The notes: a model not told the origin generated them from the letters alone. DNA of 38,207 nt from an uncultured Saprospiraceae bacterium (GCA_964545645.1 CAZJHC010000001.1:1-38207); one strand, 5' to 3'. Positions 8,972-20,082 are shown, counted from the stretch's first letter. Program-made: numbers and translations.

Positions 8972-10024
8972 TTATAGTCTTCTGACATGATTGATGCCTA
9001 ACAAAAGGAATCCCCCAAAAAGACCGAGAATCAATCCCAAAAAGACCAACCGAAAGAGGCTTGGCTCATTAGGTCTTATAGGATTCATCGGGGCGTCAAT
9101 TATTTGTATTAATGGACTTCTATCCTGCAAGGCCAAGTCCGCAATGGCCAGATTCTCTTCAGCTTTGGCGTATGCGGTTTTTAATATTAATGATTGCGTA
9201 GACAAGTCGGATAGCTTCGTTGAGCTCGAACTTCGAAAAGCCTGAGAATTTTTATCCTTTTCTATTGCAATTTCACGCTCAGTCTGTCGTAGAGCACGAG
9301 AGATTGAATCTTTCTTTGATTTGACGATATCAAAGGTCTTTTTTTGCTTCTCGATTGATTTTTCAATGTAGAAACTCCTCAATGCATTAAAGTGTTCCTT
9401 CAAAAAAGCAATCGAAAGCTCTTCAGATATTGAGTTAAACTCGAAAGTCATGATGTAGTGATCTCGACCATAGTCCGTACTTAATAATCCATCAGATCCA
9501 TTATGTCCAACAACTAAGTGGTACAAATTTTTGATAATATAATTATAAGCGTCCATAGAGGAGTCATCAGTAATGATGATATCCTTCTGAGTGTGAGCAT
9601 CACTTTCCCAAACCTCTGCTAATTCATAAAAATTGATGATGTGATTAGCAATTTTATCGCTTTGATTGGCGACGACGATCTCTTTATTGAGGACCGATTC
9701 GACAATTCTCCTTGACCTCGAGATTTCGATCAGTTTGTCGATATTATACTTGCCACTTGACACAGGCAGTCCAAATTGCCCTAAAACTCCTGAAAGTCCC
9801 GATAAAGAACTAGCCCCATCATCACTTAACATGAGGGTAAGTTGTGCATTGTAAGTAGGCTTTTGAGTTGTTCTCCATAGCAAGAGTCCAGCAATACAAG
9901 TGCTGATAAGGACAAGAAAAAGCACCCAGTTCTTAGTAACCTTTAACAACCAATACTTTATCCCCCTCAGAAAATCATCTAAGGAGATTTCATCTTCAGG
10001 TCGTATGGATTTTTCTAGTGACAC
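8972..10024 (-). CDS. Polysaccharide co-polymerase / chain-length determinant (Wzz-like, no kinase domain)
   Basis: EDEISL N-terminus, N- and C-terminal TM helices, SGLSGVLGQFG Gly-rich motif, coiled coil, IQIIDAPMNP Pro-rich motif before the last TM; GTG start. Confidence 0.85.
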   Translation of the reverse strand: MSLEKSIRPEDEISLDDFLRGIKYWLLKVTKNWVLFLVLISTCIAGLLLWRTTQKPTYNAQLTLMLSDDGASSLSGLSGVLGQFGLPVSSGKYNIDKLIEISRSRRIVESVLNKEIVVANQSDKIANHIINFYELAEVWESDAHTQKDIIITDDSSMDAYNYIIKNLYHLVVGHNGSDGLLSTDYGRDHYIMTFEFNSISEELSIAFLKEHFNALRSFYIEKSIEKQKKTFDIVKSKKDSISRALRQTEREIAIEKDKNSQAFRSSSSTKLSDLSTQSLILKTAYAKAEENLAIADLALQDRSPLIQIIDAPMNPIRPNEPSLFRLVFLGLILGLFGGFLLLGINHVRRL

Positions 10025-10029
10025 TGATG

Positions 10030-13000
10030 TTAATCCTTATAGTTAAGAGAAGGGAAGAGCATTTTTTCTGCTGATTGAATACTGATTCCTTTACGATTTG
10101 CGTAGTCAGTAACTTGATCAAGAGATACTTGTCCAAGACCAAAATATTTGGAATCCGGATGACTTATATAATATCCACTTACAGATGCAGCAGGATACAT
10201 AGCGAGGCTTTCGGTGAGAATAATGCCAGTCCTCGAAGTAGCTTCCATCAGGTCAAAAAGGGTCTCTTTCTGAGTATGATCAGGACATGCTGGATAACCT
10301 GGCGCTGGCCTTATACCTTGATATTTTTCCTTTATGAGGCTTTCTTTATCAAAGGTAGCTGTTTGATATCCCCAATAATCGGTTCTAATCAGCTCATGTA
10401 GTTTCTCTGCAAAAGCCTCAGCAAAACGATCTGCAATAGACTTGAGTAAGATGCTATTATAATCATCTTGAGCTTGCTCAAAAGCTTTTACTTTATGCTC
10501 AATCTTGAGACCTGTTGTTACGGCAAAAGTGCCTATATAATCCTCATAGCCATTAGGAGCTATATAATCTGCAAGCGATAACTGTGGCAGTTTTTGACTC
10601 TTCTTTCTTTGTTGTCTGAGGCCAAACAGGCGAAAGTCTTTTCCTTGATTATTGATAATAATATCCTCTTGGTTACTGTAGGCAGGATATAAGCCAAACA
10701 CTCCATTTGCCGTAAGCCACTTTTCTTTAATTAGTGTTTCAATCATTGCTTGTGCATCGTCATATAGCTTTTGCGCTTCAATACCGATGACAGAATCTTT
10801 GAAAATTTCTGGATATTTTCCTTTGAGTTGCCAACTACTAAAAAATGGGGTCCAGTCTATATAATCAACCAGCTCAGATAGATCATAATCGAGCAAGGAA
10901 TGAGTACCTAACTGACGAGGCTTGAGTGATTGATAATTATTCCAATCAATTTGGTGCTTTTTCTTTCGGGCCTCTTCAATTGATAGGTAGTCTTTTGTTT
11001 TAGTCGCTTTTGTGCGATGGATTCGCACTTTTTCATATTCTGCTTTGGTATCCAAGATGAAATTGCTTTTGTTGTTTTCATCTTCGGAGGTTAGGATACT
11101 TGCTACACCGACACTACGGGAGGCATCAAGTACATAGATGGTGGCACCTTGATAGGCGGGTTCTATCTTAAGAGCGGTATGGGTTTTACTAGTGGTCGCT
11201 CCACCGATCAATAAGGGTATAGACATCCCCCTCTCCTGCATCATCGTAGCAACATTGACCATCTCGTCTAAGGACGGTGTGATTAATCCACTAAGGCCAA
11301 CAATATCTACATTTAAGCGTTGCGCCTCATCTAATATTTTAGTTGCAGGAACCATCACTCCAAGGTCTATAATTTCAAAGTTGTTGCATGCCAAAACGAC
11401 TCCTACAATGTTTTTGCCGATATCATGGACATCTCCTTTGACCGTGGCAAGGAGTATCTTTCCTTTGGTCTGGATGACCCCTTCCTTTTCTTCTTCGATA
11501 TATGGTGTTAAAAAGGCAACAGCTTTTTTCATTACCCTGGCACTCTTGACTACTTGTGGTAAGAACATCTTGCCTGAACCAAAAAGATCTCCCACAACAT
11601 TCATTCCGTCCATGAGTGGACCTTCGATGACTTTTAGAGGAGACGAAAGCTCTTCCATAGCAGTCTTGGCGTCGGCCTCGATAAACTCGGTGATGCCTTT
11701 GACCAGGGCATATTCAATTCTCTTGGACACCGTGGTATCTCTCCAGGAGAGATCTACTACTCTCGATTTGCCAGAGCCTTTGACATTTTGCGCATAAGCA
11801 ATGAGTCTATCTGTTGCATCAGGGGTGCGATTAAAGATGGTGTCTTCTAGGAGATCTCTGAGGTCTTTTGGGATATCATCATAGATTTCCATCATGCCTG
11901 CATTGACGATACCCATATCCATGCCTTTTTTAATCGCATGATATAAGAATACGCTGTGCATCGCTTCTCGAACCTTATTATTTCCTCTGAATGAAAAGGA
12001 AATATTGCTAACCCCTCCACTAATCTTAACTCCTGGACAGAGTTTTTTGATCTGCTCGGTGGCTTCGATAAAGTTTAAACCATAACCATTGTGCTCTTCG
12101 ATACCTGTTGCTATGGCAAAAACATTGGGATCGAAGATGATATCTTTGGGATCAAAACCTACTTCATTAACTAATATATCGTAGGCCCTTTTGCTGATGT
12201 CTACTTTTCTTTGAATTGAGTCTGCTTGTCCTTCTTCATCAAATGCCATGACGACTGCAGCGGCTCCATATCTTTTGACAGTTTTGGCTTGGGCTATAAA
12301 CTGCTCCTCGCCTTCTTTTAATGATATAGAGTTGACTATACATTTCCCCTGTACGCATTTTAAGCCTTCTTCGATGACTTCAAACTTAGAGGAGTCAATC
12401 ATGATTGGGAGCTTTGCTATATCAGGTTCTGACATCATTAGATTTAAGAACTCTTTCATCTCTTTTTTGGAGTCTAAGAGCCCTTCATCCATATTTACAT
12501 CTATGATCTGTGCCCCACCTTCTACTTGATGTCTGGCGACACTGAGTGCCTCCTCATAGCTGCCCTCTTTTATAAGTCGAGCAAATTTTCTTGAACCAGT
12601 GACATTTGTGCGTTCACCAACATTGATGAAGTTTATATTCTCTCTAACAATCAAAGGTTCGAGACCGCTATACATGCTGTATTGATTGTTCAGGTCGTAG
12701 GTTCTCGGTTTTATACCTTGTACATTTTGGGCCATGACAGAAATATGATCAGGTGTGGTCCCACAGCAACCTCCTATAATATTGACCAGGCCAGTGTTGG
12801 CAAAACTTCTAATAAAAGCACCCATTTCGTCAGCTCCTTGATCATATTCCCCAAGCTCATTAGGCAGTCCAGCATTTGGATAGGCACTTACAGGACAGGT
12901 CGCTATGGCTGCCAGGTCCTTGAGAAATGGGGTGAGTTCTTTAGCTCCCAAAGCACAATTCAGTCCCACCGATAGCAAAGGCATATGCGATACCGATATC

Positions 13001-13689
13001 CAAAAAGCCTCGACAGTTTGACCACTTAGAGTTCTACCGCTGGCGTCAGTGATTGTCCCTGATACCATAATAGGCCACTCTTGGCCTTTCTCTTCAAAGA
13101 GGAGATCTAATGCAAATAATGCCGCCTTGCAATTAAGAGTGTCAAATACTGTTTCTATCAAAAGTAGATCGGACCCACCATCTACTAAACCTCTGGCTTG
13201 CTCTAGGTAAGCGTCCACCAATTCATCAAAGGAGATAGCTCGATAGCCAGGGTCATTAACATCAGGTGATAAGGATGCTGTCCTATTAGTTGGGCCAAGC
13301 GCACCTGCGACATATCGTGGCTTATCAACCGTGGTAAATTTTTCTGTTGCCAATGTAGCAATCTCTGCGCTGCGCTTGTTCATCTCATAGCAATGAGCCT
13401 CCATATCATAGTCTGCCTGAGAGATTCTATTAGCACTGAAGGTGTTGGTCTCGATGATATCAGAACCAGCAGCTAAATATGACTCATGGATCTCTTGTAT
13501 AATATCTGGCTGAGTAAGAGAAAGGAGCTCATTATTGCCCTTGATATCCATATGGTAATCAGCCATTAGATCTCCACGATAATCGCTTTCTGTTAACTTA
13601 TACCGCTGGATCATCGTACCCATGGCTCCATCAAGTACCAGGATACGATCTCTTAGAATGGATGATATATCATTTTTTAATGTACTCAA
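10030..13689 (-). CDS. metH: Cobalamin-dependent methionine synthase, full-length four-module form
   Basis: [10 protein letters not shown], Zn ligands LNCALG and [17 protein letters not shown] pterin domain, [10 protein letters not shown] and SGLITPSL cobalamin motif, [12 protein letters not shown] activation domain; TTG start overlapping the upstream TGA. Confidence 0.98.
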   Translation of the reverse strand: MSTLKNDISSILRDRILVLDGAMGTMIQRYKLTESDYRGDLMADYHMDIKGNNELLSLTQPDIIQEIHESYLAAGSDIIETNTFSANRISQADYDMEAHCYEMNKRSAEIATLATEKFTTVDKPRYVAGALGPTNRTASLSPDVNDPGYRAISFDELVDAYLEQARGLVDGGSDLLLIETVFDTLNCKAALFALDLLFEEKGQEWPIMVSGTITDASGRTLSGQTVEAFWISVSHMPLLSVGLNCALGAKELTPFLKDLAAIATCPVSAYPNAGLPNELGEYDQGADEMGAFIRSFANTGLVNIIGGCCGTTPDHISVMAQNVQGIKPRTYDLNNQYSMYSGLEPLIVRENINFINVGERTNVTGSRKFARLIKEGSYEEALSVARHQVEGGAQIIDVNMDEGLLDSKKEMKEFLNLMMSEPDIAKLPIMIDSSKFEVIEEGLKCVQGKCIVNSISLKEGEEQFIAQAKTVKRYGAAAVVMAFDEEGQADSIQRKVDISKRAYDILVNEVGFDPKDIIFDPNVFAIATGIEEHNGYGLNFIEATEQIKKLCPGVKISGGVSNISFSFRGNNKVREAMHSVFLYHAIKKGMDMGIVNAGMMEIYDDIPKDLRDLLEDTIFNRTPDATDRLIAYAQNVKGSGKSRVVDLSWRDTTVSKRIEYALVKGITEFIEADAKTAMEELSSPLKVIEGPLMDGMNVVGDLFGSGKMFLPQVVKSARVMKKAVAFLTPYIEEEKEGVIQTKGKILLATVKGDVHDIGKNIVGVVLACNNFEIIDLGVMVPATKILDEAQRLNVDIVGLSGLITPSLDEMVNVATMMQERGMSIPLLIGGATTSKTHTALKIEPAYQGATIYVLDASRSVGVASILTSEDENNKSNFILDTKAEYEKVRIHRTKATKTKDYLSIEEARKKKHQIDWNNYQSLKPRQLGTHSLLDYDLSELVDYIDWTPFFSSWQLKGKYPEIFKDSVIGIEAQKLYDDAQAMIETLIKEKWLTANGVFGLYPAYSNQEDIIINNQGKDFRLFGLRQQRKKSQKLPQLSLADYIAPNGYEDYIGTFAVTTGLKIEHKVKAFEQAQDDYNSILLKSIADRFAEAFAEKLHELIRTDYWGYQTATFDKESLIKEKYQGIRPAPGYPACPDHTQKETLFDLMEATSRTGIILTESLAMYPAASVSGYYISHPDSKYFGLGQVSLDQVTDYANRKGISIQSAEKMLFPSLNYKD

Positions 13690-15377
13690 TAGTCTATCTC
13701 TTGATTAAACAAATTAGCCGTAATACCTAAACTTATAAAACTGACCTTAGAATTATCAACGGGTATTTCTCCTGTTTGATTTCGATACAAATATCGTAAA
13801 TCAATATAGTATCTAGGGAAGGGTTCAAAACGAACCATCGTTTCTAATATAGTAACATCAATCTGTCTGCCCTGTCCAGTCACATTACCAAAATCTTCAG
13901 ACCTTGTTTCATTATCAAGTAGAATATCAAAACCAACATTTTGTTCAGCACTATCACCGTATCTGGCTTTTACAAACCTCACTGAAAAGGTCCATTGATT
14001 ATGGGGTGCATATTTCAATTGCCCTATAACCTCTCTAAAATTAGCACCTAATGGATGAGCCAAGGCTTGATTGTAATGACTATAACTTGTCAGCACGTAA
14101 TTATCTTCCGAGGTAACTCTATGTGTATAGGTATAAGGACGTGCTGTATTATACTCTAAAAAACCACTGAAATTGTTGATTTTAAAGAGGTCAAAGGCCT
14201 TGATACCGAGTTGATAACCGATTTTGTTGCCCCACCATCCATTGTTACTAAATATTTGGTCGGTTCGAAATTCATCAATCATCAACTGACCATATAGCTT
14301 CATCTTTGATCGAGGAATATAGCTCAGATTTAAGCCAAGAAGAACATTGTCTGGACTATCCAAAAACTGCTCAACGGACCTATATAAAATCAATGGATTA
14401 AGATATTGCCATTCAAATTGGTTATTTCTACTGAAGACAACTGCTTCATATAGTCCAATGCTTAACTGTGGTGAAGCTTTAAAACTCAAGTAGTGCGCAA
14501 CCATATATTTTTTAGGAAGCAGTTCATCTCCATTATTATCTCGACTTCCTATCGGAGCAAGCTCTGTAAATAGGTTTTGATAGTGTAGCTTCCAGACGAC
14601 GGTATTTAGTTTAAGATAAAGATGGTTGTGCGCATAGTCACTTAATAGCATGGATCTATGTCCATCTCCAATGAAGTGATTACCAAACCCAAATTGAAGA
14701 TCGATAGAAGGAGAGATCTTCGTCCCAACATATGCTTGTGCATTGAGATAGTCCCATCCATTAAAGGAGGGCAGAACGCTACTTTGATATTCTTTGTAAA
14801 ACCCTTGACCCGGGATGGCATTCCAGCGTTGTATTCGAGTATTGATAAAAGGGAGAAATTTTCTTTGGTTTTCATACAGAGAACTATAGAAATAAAATTT
14901 TTGATCTATACTCCCTCGGACTTTGATGCCTCTCGTATTCTGGTAGATGGATTCTCCTTTGTTGTTTCCTCCATGTATAGATAGCATAGGATCAATTGTC
15001 AAGAAGAATTGTGGCTTTTGAATCTTTATGAGGTGAAAGTTGCCCCGATAGAACGTATTGAATATCCCTCTGTGGTCTGTATATATAGGAAGGGTATCAC
15101 TAAGTGCCCCCTGTAGCTGATCATACTCTTGTAAAATGTCCATGACATATTGCTTGCTGAAATGATCTTTTCTACTACTTAAGGAATCCAATAATGTGAT
15201 GTACAGGGTAGGGTCATTATATCTGATGGCAGAATGTGCCTTATATAGCCCAGGATAGCTGGTTTGTAAATGATCTAATTGGTAGAATAATTTGGGGTTA
15301 TAATCCCAAAAGCTGACTTGACCATGGGTGATCGCAGCCAAGGAGAATAAGAATATGAAGAGATGACATCTGATCAC
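13686..15377 (-). CDS. Outer-membrane beta-barrel protein of the RemB / capsule-assembly Wzi-like family
   Basis: N-terminal signal peptide; [50 protein letters not shown] and LAHPLGANF blocks recalled from Bacteroidota RemB/Wzi-like proteins; alternating beta-strand pattern. Confidence 0.65.
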   Translation of the reverse strand: MIRCHLFIFLFSLAAITHGQVSFWDYNPKLFYQLDHLQTSYPGLYKAHSAIRYNDPTLYITLLDSLSSRKDHFSKQYVMDILQEYDQLQGALSDTLPIYTDHRGIFNTFYRGNFHLIKIQKPQFFLTIDPMLSIHGGNNKGESIYQNTRGIKVRGSIDQKFYFYSSLYENQRKFLPFINTRIQRWNAIPGQGFYKEYQSSVLPSFNGWDYLNAQAYVGTKISPSIDLQFGFGNHFIGDGHRSMLLSDYAHNHLYLKLNTVVWKLHYQNLFTELAPIGSRDNNGDELLPKKYMVAHYLSFKASPQLSIGLYEAVVFSRNNQFEWQYLNPLILYRSVEQFLDSPDNVLLGLNLSYIPRSKMKLYGQLMIDEFRTDQIFSNNGWWGNKIGYQLGIKAFDLFKINNFSGFLEYNTARPYTYTHRVTSEDNYVLTSYSHYNQALAHPLGANFREVIGQLKYAPHNQWTFSVRFVKARYGDSAEQNVGFDILLDNETRSEDFGNVTGQGRQIDVTILETMVRFEPFPRYYIDLRYLYRNQTGEIPVDNSKVSFISLGITANLFNQEIDY

Positions 15378-16438
15378 GACGTAAAATTCAATAAAAATCT
15401 GCGAATAGTGTCATTAAATAAAGCTTCGCTTTGATCTAAGAAGGCTACTTGTATCGGAAGGGCATATATGTCTACCTGTTGTTCTATAAGATACCTATGG
15501 TGTAGGGCGATACGAGTTGCATCCTTTTCAGTAGTAAGTATGATTTTTCTTTCTGAGGGAATAAGTTGATAGGTATGGTGTAAACTAGAGATTTCATGAG
15601 CCGAAAAAAGGTGATGATCCTCAAAAGAATAAGGGCGAACTTCTGAGATTTCTGTTTCTAAATATTGAATCAGATAATCCGTGGACGCAATGGCCGTAAT
15701 TAATAATGTCGAGGAATAATCTGACAATGAGACCTCTTCTCCTGTAAAGATATGATAAGGTCTCCCGTAAGTATACTTGGAGAAGAATACGGACTGCTTA
15801 GTGCTGGGATTGATATGGTTTATGATACGTTGTTGTTCCAATGTGTTTAAACTATCTGGACATTTGCTTACGATTATAATATCGGCTCTTTCGGCGCCTG
15901 TTCTCCACTCTCTTAACCTTCCTGTAGGTAGTAAGAGATCTTCATAATAGGGTTTGGCATAATCGGTAATTAAAACATTAAGGCCTGGGGTGACACTCAG
16001 ATGTTGATAACTATCGTCAAGGATGATGGCTTGTAAATCTGGCTTATGAGATAAGAGATAAGGGATTCCTACAGAACGACTTTCTGATACTGCTACTTCA
16101 ATATCTGGATATCGAAGAAAAAGTTGTAGAGGCTCGTCTCCTACCGTCTCTGCAGTGTCATATTGATGGACTAAGCGATACCCTTTTGTTTTTCTTTTAT
16201 ATCCTCTACTCATGACTCCAAGCCTTAGGTAAGGTCTGAGTATATCGATAATATAGGCAACATGTGGCGTTTTGCCAGAACCTCCAACAGCCAGATTGCC
16301 AACTCCGATTACCGGAAGATTAAAAGAGACAGATTTAAGGAATGAGAATCGATATAAGAAATCTCGTATAGAGATAATCAGGCCATATATGACAGAGAAT
16401 GGAAGGAGAAGAATTTTAATGATGTACTCTCTAAGCAC
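15374..16438 (-). CDS. lpxK: Tetraacyldisaccharide 4'-kinase (lipid A)
   Basis: PVIGVGNLAVGGSGKTP, SRGYKR, VGDEP, LDDSYQH, LLPTGRLRE, FEDHH and TTEKD. Confidence 0.96.
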   Translation of the reverse strand: MLREYIIKILLLPFSVIYGLIISIRDFLYRFSFLKSVSFNLPVIGVGNLAVGGSGKTPHVAYIIDILRPYLRLGVMSRGYKRKTKGYRLVHQYDTAETVGDEPLQLFLRYPDIEVAVSESRSVGIPYLLSHKPDLQAIILDDSYQHLSVTPGLNVLITDYAKPYYEDLLLPTGRLREWRTGAERADIIIVSKCPDSLNTLEQQRIINHINPSTKQSVFFSKYTYGRPYHIFTGEEVSLSDYSSTLLITAIASTDYLIQYLETEISEVRPYSFEDHHLFSAHEISSLHHTYQLIPSERKIILTTEKDATRIALHHRYLIEQQVDIYALPIQVAFLDQSEALFNDTIRRFLLNFTS

Positions 16439-17723
16439 TTTGAATCTTTTTGAATACTTGATGGCCGATTCTACAACTTAAGCACTTATGTCGGTCACAG
16501 TAGTGCTTTTTTAAATGGAGCAGTCCTTGAGAATGACTAGCCGATGTGGATGGCAAACCGATCTTTTTCCAATCTCTAATAATATAATTAGACTCGGGAG
16601 GGATAGAGTCTAACAAGTCAATGGCAGATTTTTTAAATGAGTCATCCTGTACATATATACCATAAGCATATTGTAATGGAGCGACACTATTGATCAAGAT
16701 AGAATATAACTTCTGCTGACCGATGGTTTTTTTCTTGGGAGGACTAGTCGCTTCAAAAGTATAGTGATCATACCAATACCCATCTTCTACTTTGATGTTA
16801 AAGTGTTTTTGGAGTTGAGGTATATTTTGATCAAAGATGATTTTGTCAAGTCTTTTATTACTATTAATTAATCGAGCGAACTGAGCTACTCTTATAGTCG
16901 GAAATCCCGAGGGACGCATTCTCATGAATTTCCATTCTACAGCTTTCATTTGAGAAAGATTATACTTTGTCTTTAAAAAAGAAAAATGCTCTTGGAGCTG
17001 TCTGATATATTCGTTTGACTCATGTGGGATTAATCCTGCAACACCAAACAATAAGCTCTCAAGTAATAATACATCATCTCGATGTTTGAGGAGTATCTTG
17101 TATGGTAGTAGAGAGCTTAGTCTGAGGCAAGCTTCAGCATTGACCTTTAGGCCAAAACTCCACAAGAGTCTTTGATATATGGTTTCGTTCCAATCACCAC
17201 TATTTTGCTTTAAACTTGTTAATATTTCTTCACTTTTCTGGGTCAACCTCTCTGCAAGAACCTTTTCAATCATAGAGGATTTAGTAATATCATTAACATG
17301 TTGGATCCAAGAACTGCAAGGAATAGGGCTCTTTTTATGGATCAACAAACGATATGCGTTGAACGTTTTAGGATCTATTCTAGATTTTAAAACTATCGTA
17401 GGGATGGGCTTCCCGTTTTTATCAAGGATTGTTTGATCATTATCCAGCACCACATGTAGTATGACACTATCATATGCTGGATCTTGTGAGTGATTGTGTT
17501 GTATCCAATCAGACGATCGTATATGCATTTCTATGTGTCCGTGCCAAGCCAAATCATCTATTAATATGGAGGCGTTGAGAAAGTCGGGTCCAGAGTCGTG
17601 GTTGTGGACACCAAAATTAGTGATATGAATGTCTTGACCTGTGGTGCTTGTCAAGTGTTTCAGATTAAAGTTCTTAATCTTCCAGATATAGTGTAAAAAA
17701 TCTTCTGATATATTATGTGTCAC
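16431..17723 (-). CDS. DUF2851 family protein
   Basis: EDFLHYIW, GPDF, GHIEMH..SDW..H.H..D..Y..VILHVV, RPSGFPTIR and C-terminal YCDRHKCLSCRIG. Confidence 0.88.
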   Translation of the reverse strand: MTHNISEDFLHYIWKIKNFNLKHLTSTTGQDIHITNFGVHNHDSGPDFLNASILIDDLAWHGHIEMHIRSSDWIQHNHSQDPAYDSVILHVVLDNDQTILDKNGKPIPTIVLKSRIDPKTFNAYRLLIHKKSPIPCSSWIQHVNDITKSSMIEKVLAERLTQKSEEILTSLKQNSGDWNETIYQRLLWSFGLKVNAEACLRLSSLLPYKILLKHRDDVLLLESLLFGVAGLIPHESNEYIRQLQEHFSFLKTKYNLSQMKAVEWKFMRMRPSGFPTIRVAQFARLINSNKRLDKIIFDQNIPQLQKHFNIKVEDGYWYDHYTFEATSPPKKKTIGQQKLYSILINSVAPLQYAYGIYVQDDSFKKSAIDLLDSIPPESNYIIRDWKKIGLPSTSASHSQGLLHLKKHYCDRHKCLSCRIGHQVFKKIQSA

Positions 17724-18218
17724 CTAAAGCCCTCTTTCGTATATCTTAAAGGTATACGAATATTGATTCTTTTGGTCTGATTTATGTGCTTCCTCAAAAA
17801 TGAGGTTAAAAGATTCATAATCAATCTCTGGAAATGAGGTGTCGCCCATTGGACTTGCATTGACCTCTGTAAGATAAAGGCGATTCCACAATGACGCAGT
17901 CTGTGCATAAATATTGCCTCCACCAAGAATGAAGACTTCTTCTTCGCCTTGAGATTTGGCATATGCCAAGGCATCAGGTATAGAGTTCTTTATAACAATA
18001 CCACTGTGATAGTACTGAGGATCTCTAGTCACTACGATATGTACACGCTTAGGAAGGATCCCAGGCAATGACTCAAATGACTTACGTCCCATAATAATAT
18101 GTCGATTAAGAGTCTTGGCTTTGAACCATTTTAAATCACCAGGCAAGTGCCAAGGTAGATCATTGTCTTTGCCTATTATATTGTTAGAGCCTTTTGCCAC
18201 GATGGCTGATATTATCAC
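17724..18218 (-). CDS. folA: Dihydrofolate reductase
   Basis: IIGKDNDLPWHLPGDLKWFK, IMGRKSFESL, LPKR, ILGGGNIY and GDTSFP. Confidence 0.97.
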   Translation of the reverse strand: MIISAIVAKGSNNIIGKDNDLPWHLPGDLKWFKAKTLNRHIIMGRKSFESLPGILPKRVHIVVTRDPQYYHSGIVIKNSIPDALAYAKSQGEEEVFILGGGNIYAQTASLWNRLYLTEVNASPMGDTSFPEIDYESFNLIFEEAHKSDQKNQYSYTFKIYERGL

Positions 18219-18229
18219 TTTTGGAGTCT

Positions 18230-20074
18230 TTAATTTAGATAAAGTAAATCAGTTTCTTTGATTGTTTGTTCTAGAGGCTTGCGATTAGGAGCGATTGAGC
18301 CATTAATATATTGCTCTATGAGCAATCCTGTCATAGGAGCTGCATAGGTTCCACCTCCTCCTGCATTCTCAACAAATACGGCCACAGCTATTTTGGGGTT
18401 TTCTATCGGAGCAAAGGCAAAAAAAACAGAATGATCAATCCCTTGAGGATTCTGGGAAGTGCCAGTCTTGCCAGCAATCCTAATCCCAGGGGTATAGGCT
18501 CTATAACCAGAGCCACTATCCACGACACGCTCCATGCCTTGAATGACTGGATCAAACAATACGGAATCAATCCCGACAGTATTGGGGCTTGTAAATTTGG
18601 GATTAAGATCCTCCCCATCGATTTCTTTTATAAGGTGGGGAGTTATATAGTATCCTCTATTGGCTAGGATGGCTGCCAAGTTTGCCATTTGTATGGTCGT
18701 TAATTGTAACTCTCCTTGTCCGATACCCAATGACAGGATATATGTTGATCGCCAACACTCATTACATTTATATTGATCATTGTAGTATGCCGTAGTGGGA
18801 AGAAAACCATCAATTTCTTCATCTAAGTCAACGCCCAGTTTATTGCCTAAGCCAAATCTCTTCAAGTAGTCGTTTAATAAATCCAAACCCTTTCCTGGAT
18901 TTCTGTATCCATAATGATTGATAAAGTCACGCATCATCTGGTAGAAATAGGTGTTGCAAGAATATTGTAGTGCCGTTTGAATATTATAAGGTTTAGGGTG
19001 ATCTCGACAGCCTTGTATAAATCCTTTTTTCTCATTGATGACGTACTCTCCTGAGCAGTTCATGGACTTAGATGGATATGATACCCCTTCTTGCATTGCT
19101 ATGAGTCCTAAAATTGGTTTGAATATAGATCCAGGAGGATACTTAGCTTGGATTGATCTATCTAAGAATGGACGGTTGAGAGAATCAGATAATAGACTTA
19201 AAAAAGTCTTGGATCGATCCTTGCCAAAAGATAAATTATTTGGATCATATGTAGGGCTGCTTGCCATGGCCAAGATTTCTCCTGTGCTGGGCTCTATAGC
19301 AACAACACTACCTCTCTTTTGCTGGAGTAATTGCTCCGCATACTTTTGAAGGTCAATATCAATACTTGACACGATGTTTTTGCCACTTTGTGCTAGAGAA
19401 TCGTTTTGACCATATTTATATTCTTCGATCTCTTTTCCTAAGTTATCTTTTAGGAGGTATTCGAGCCCTTTGGTCCCTCTCAGGTAGTAGTCGTAGGATC
19501 TCTCTAGCCCACTTGATCCCTTTACATCACCTATTTCAAATCCTCTATTGGTCTCTATCTCTTGCGAATTAACCTCTGATACATATCCTAGCATATGGGC
19601 CCCTACTGGATGAGGATATGATCTCCTGCTCTTAATGACAGGATAAAAACCTGGATACTTGTGCAAGTGTTCCTGAAAGGTAGAATATACTACAGGGCTA
19701 ATATTGTCAAAAATGGTAATGGGCAGATGGCTTCTGAAATACTTTCTCGATTGTGCTATCTCTATGGCTTGGTTGTATTCTGTAGGCAAGATGCTCAATA
19801 GCTGGCAAAATTCCTCTTTATTAAAATCATCTTGTACTTCATTACTGATCATTTCCAATTGATAGGTCGGTTCATTGATCACAATTAGATTATCATTTCT
19901 GTCTAGGATAATTCCTCGAGAAGGCTTAATGGTTTTTTTAATTAAAGTTCTATTTTCTGCTCTATTGCTATAGTCCGCATCTATAATCTGATGATTGAAT
20001 AGATTAGCTATTAAAACACCGGAACCAAGAAAAAAAATGATAAGTATTATTTTATATCGCTCTTTATATTCCAC
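18230..20074 (-). CDS. mrdA: Penicillin-binding protein 2 (class B, elongasome)
   Basis: N-terminal TM, RGIILDRN, GSSGLE, SxxK (GSIFK), SxN (SCN) and KTGT; directly downstream of mreD. Confidence 0.95.
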   Translation of the reverse strand: MEYKERYKIILIIFFLGSGVLIANLFNHQIIDADYSNRAENRTLIKKTIKPSRGIILDRNDNLIVINEPTYQLEMISNEVQDDFNKEEFCQLLSILPTEYNQAIEIAQSRKYFRSHLPITIFDNISPVVYSTFQEHLHKYPGFYPVIKSRRSYPHPVGAHMLGYVSEVNSQEIETNRGFEIGDVKGSSGLERSYDYYLRGTKGLEYLLKDNLGKEIEEYKYGQNDSLAQSGKNIVSSIDIDLQKYAEQLLQQKRGSVVAIEPSTGEILAMASSPTYDPNNLSFGKDRSKTFLSLLSDSLNRPFLDRSIQAKYPPGSIFKPILGLIAMQEGVSYPSKSMNCSGEYVINEKKGFIQGCRDHPKPYNIQTALQYSCNTYFYQMMRDFINHYGYRNPGKGLDLLNDYLKRFGLGNKLGVDLDEEIDGFLPTTAYYNDQYKCNECWRSTYILSLGIGQGELQLTTIQMANLAAILANRGYYITPHLIKEIDGEDLNPKFTSPNTVGIDSVLFDPVIQGMERVVDSGSGYRAYTPGIRIAGKTGTSQNPQGIDHSVFFAFAPIENPKIAVAVFVENAGGGGTYAAPMTGLLIEQYINGSIAPNRKPLEQTIKETDLLYLN

Positions 20075-20082
20075 TACATTGT

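Noticed and set aside
11192-11797. 201-aa plus-strand ORF inside metH, plus other antisense ORFs over metH, cysN/cysD, mrdA, mreB, bshA and mnmG
   Set aside because: Antisense or alternate-frame shadows of conserved genes, many with the Ser/Ile/Pro/Thr-rich composition typical of reverse-complement frames.
17720-17974. 84-aa alternate-frame ORF within folA
   Set aside because: Almost entirely nested in an intact DHFR; no frameshift signal or motif.
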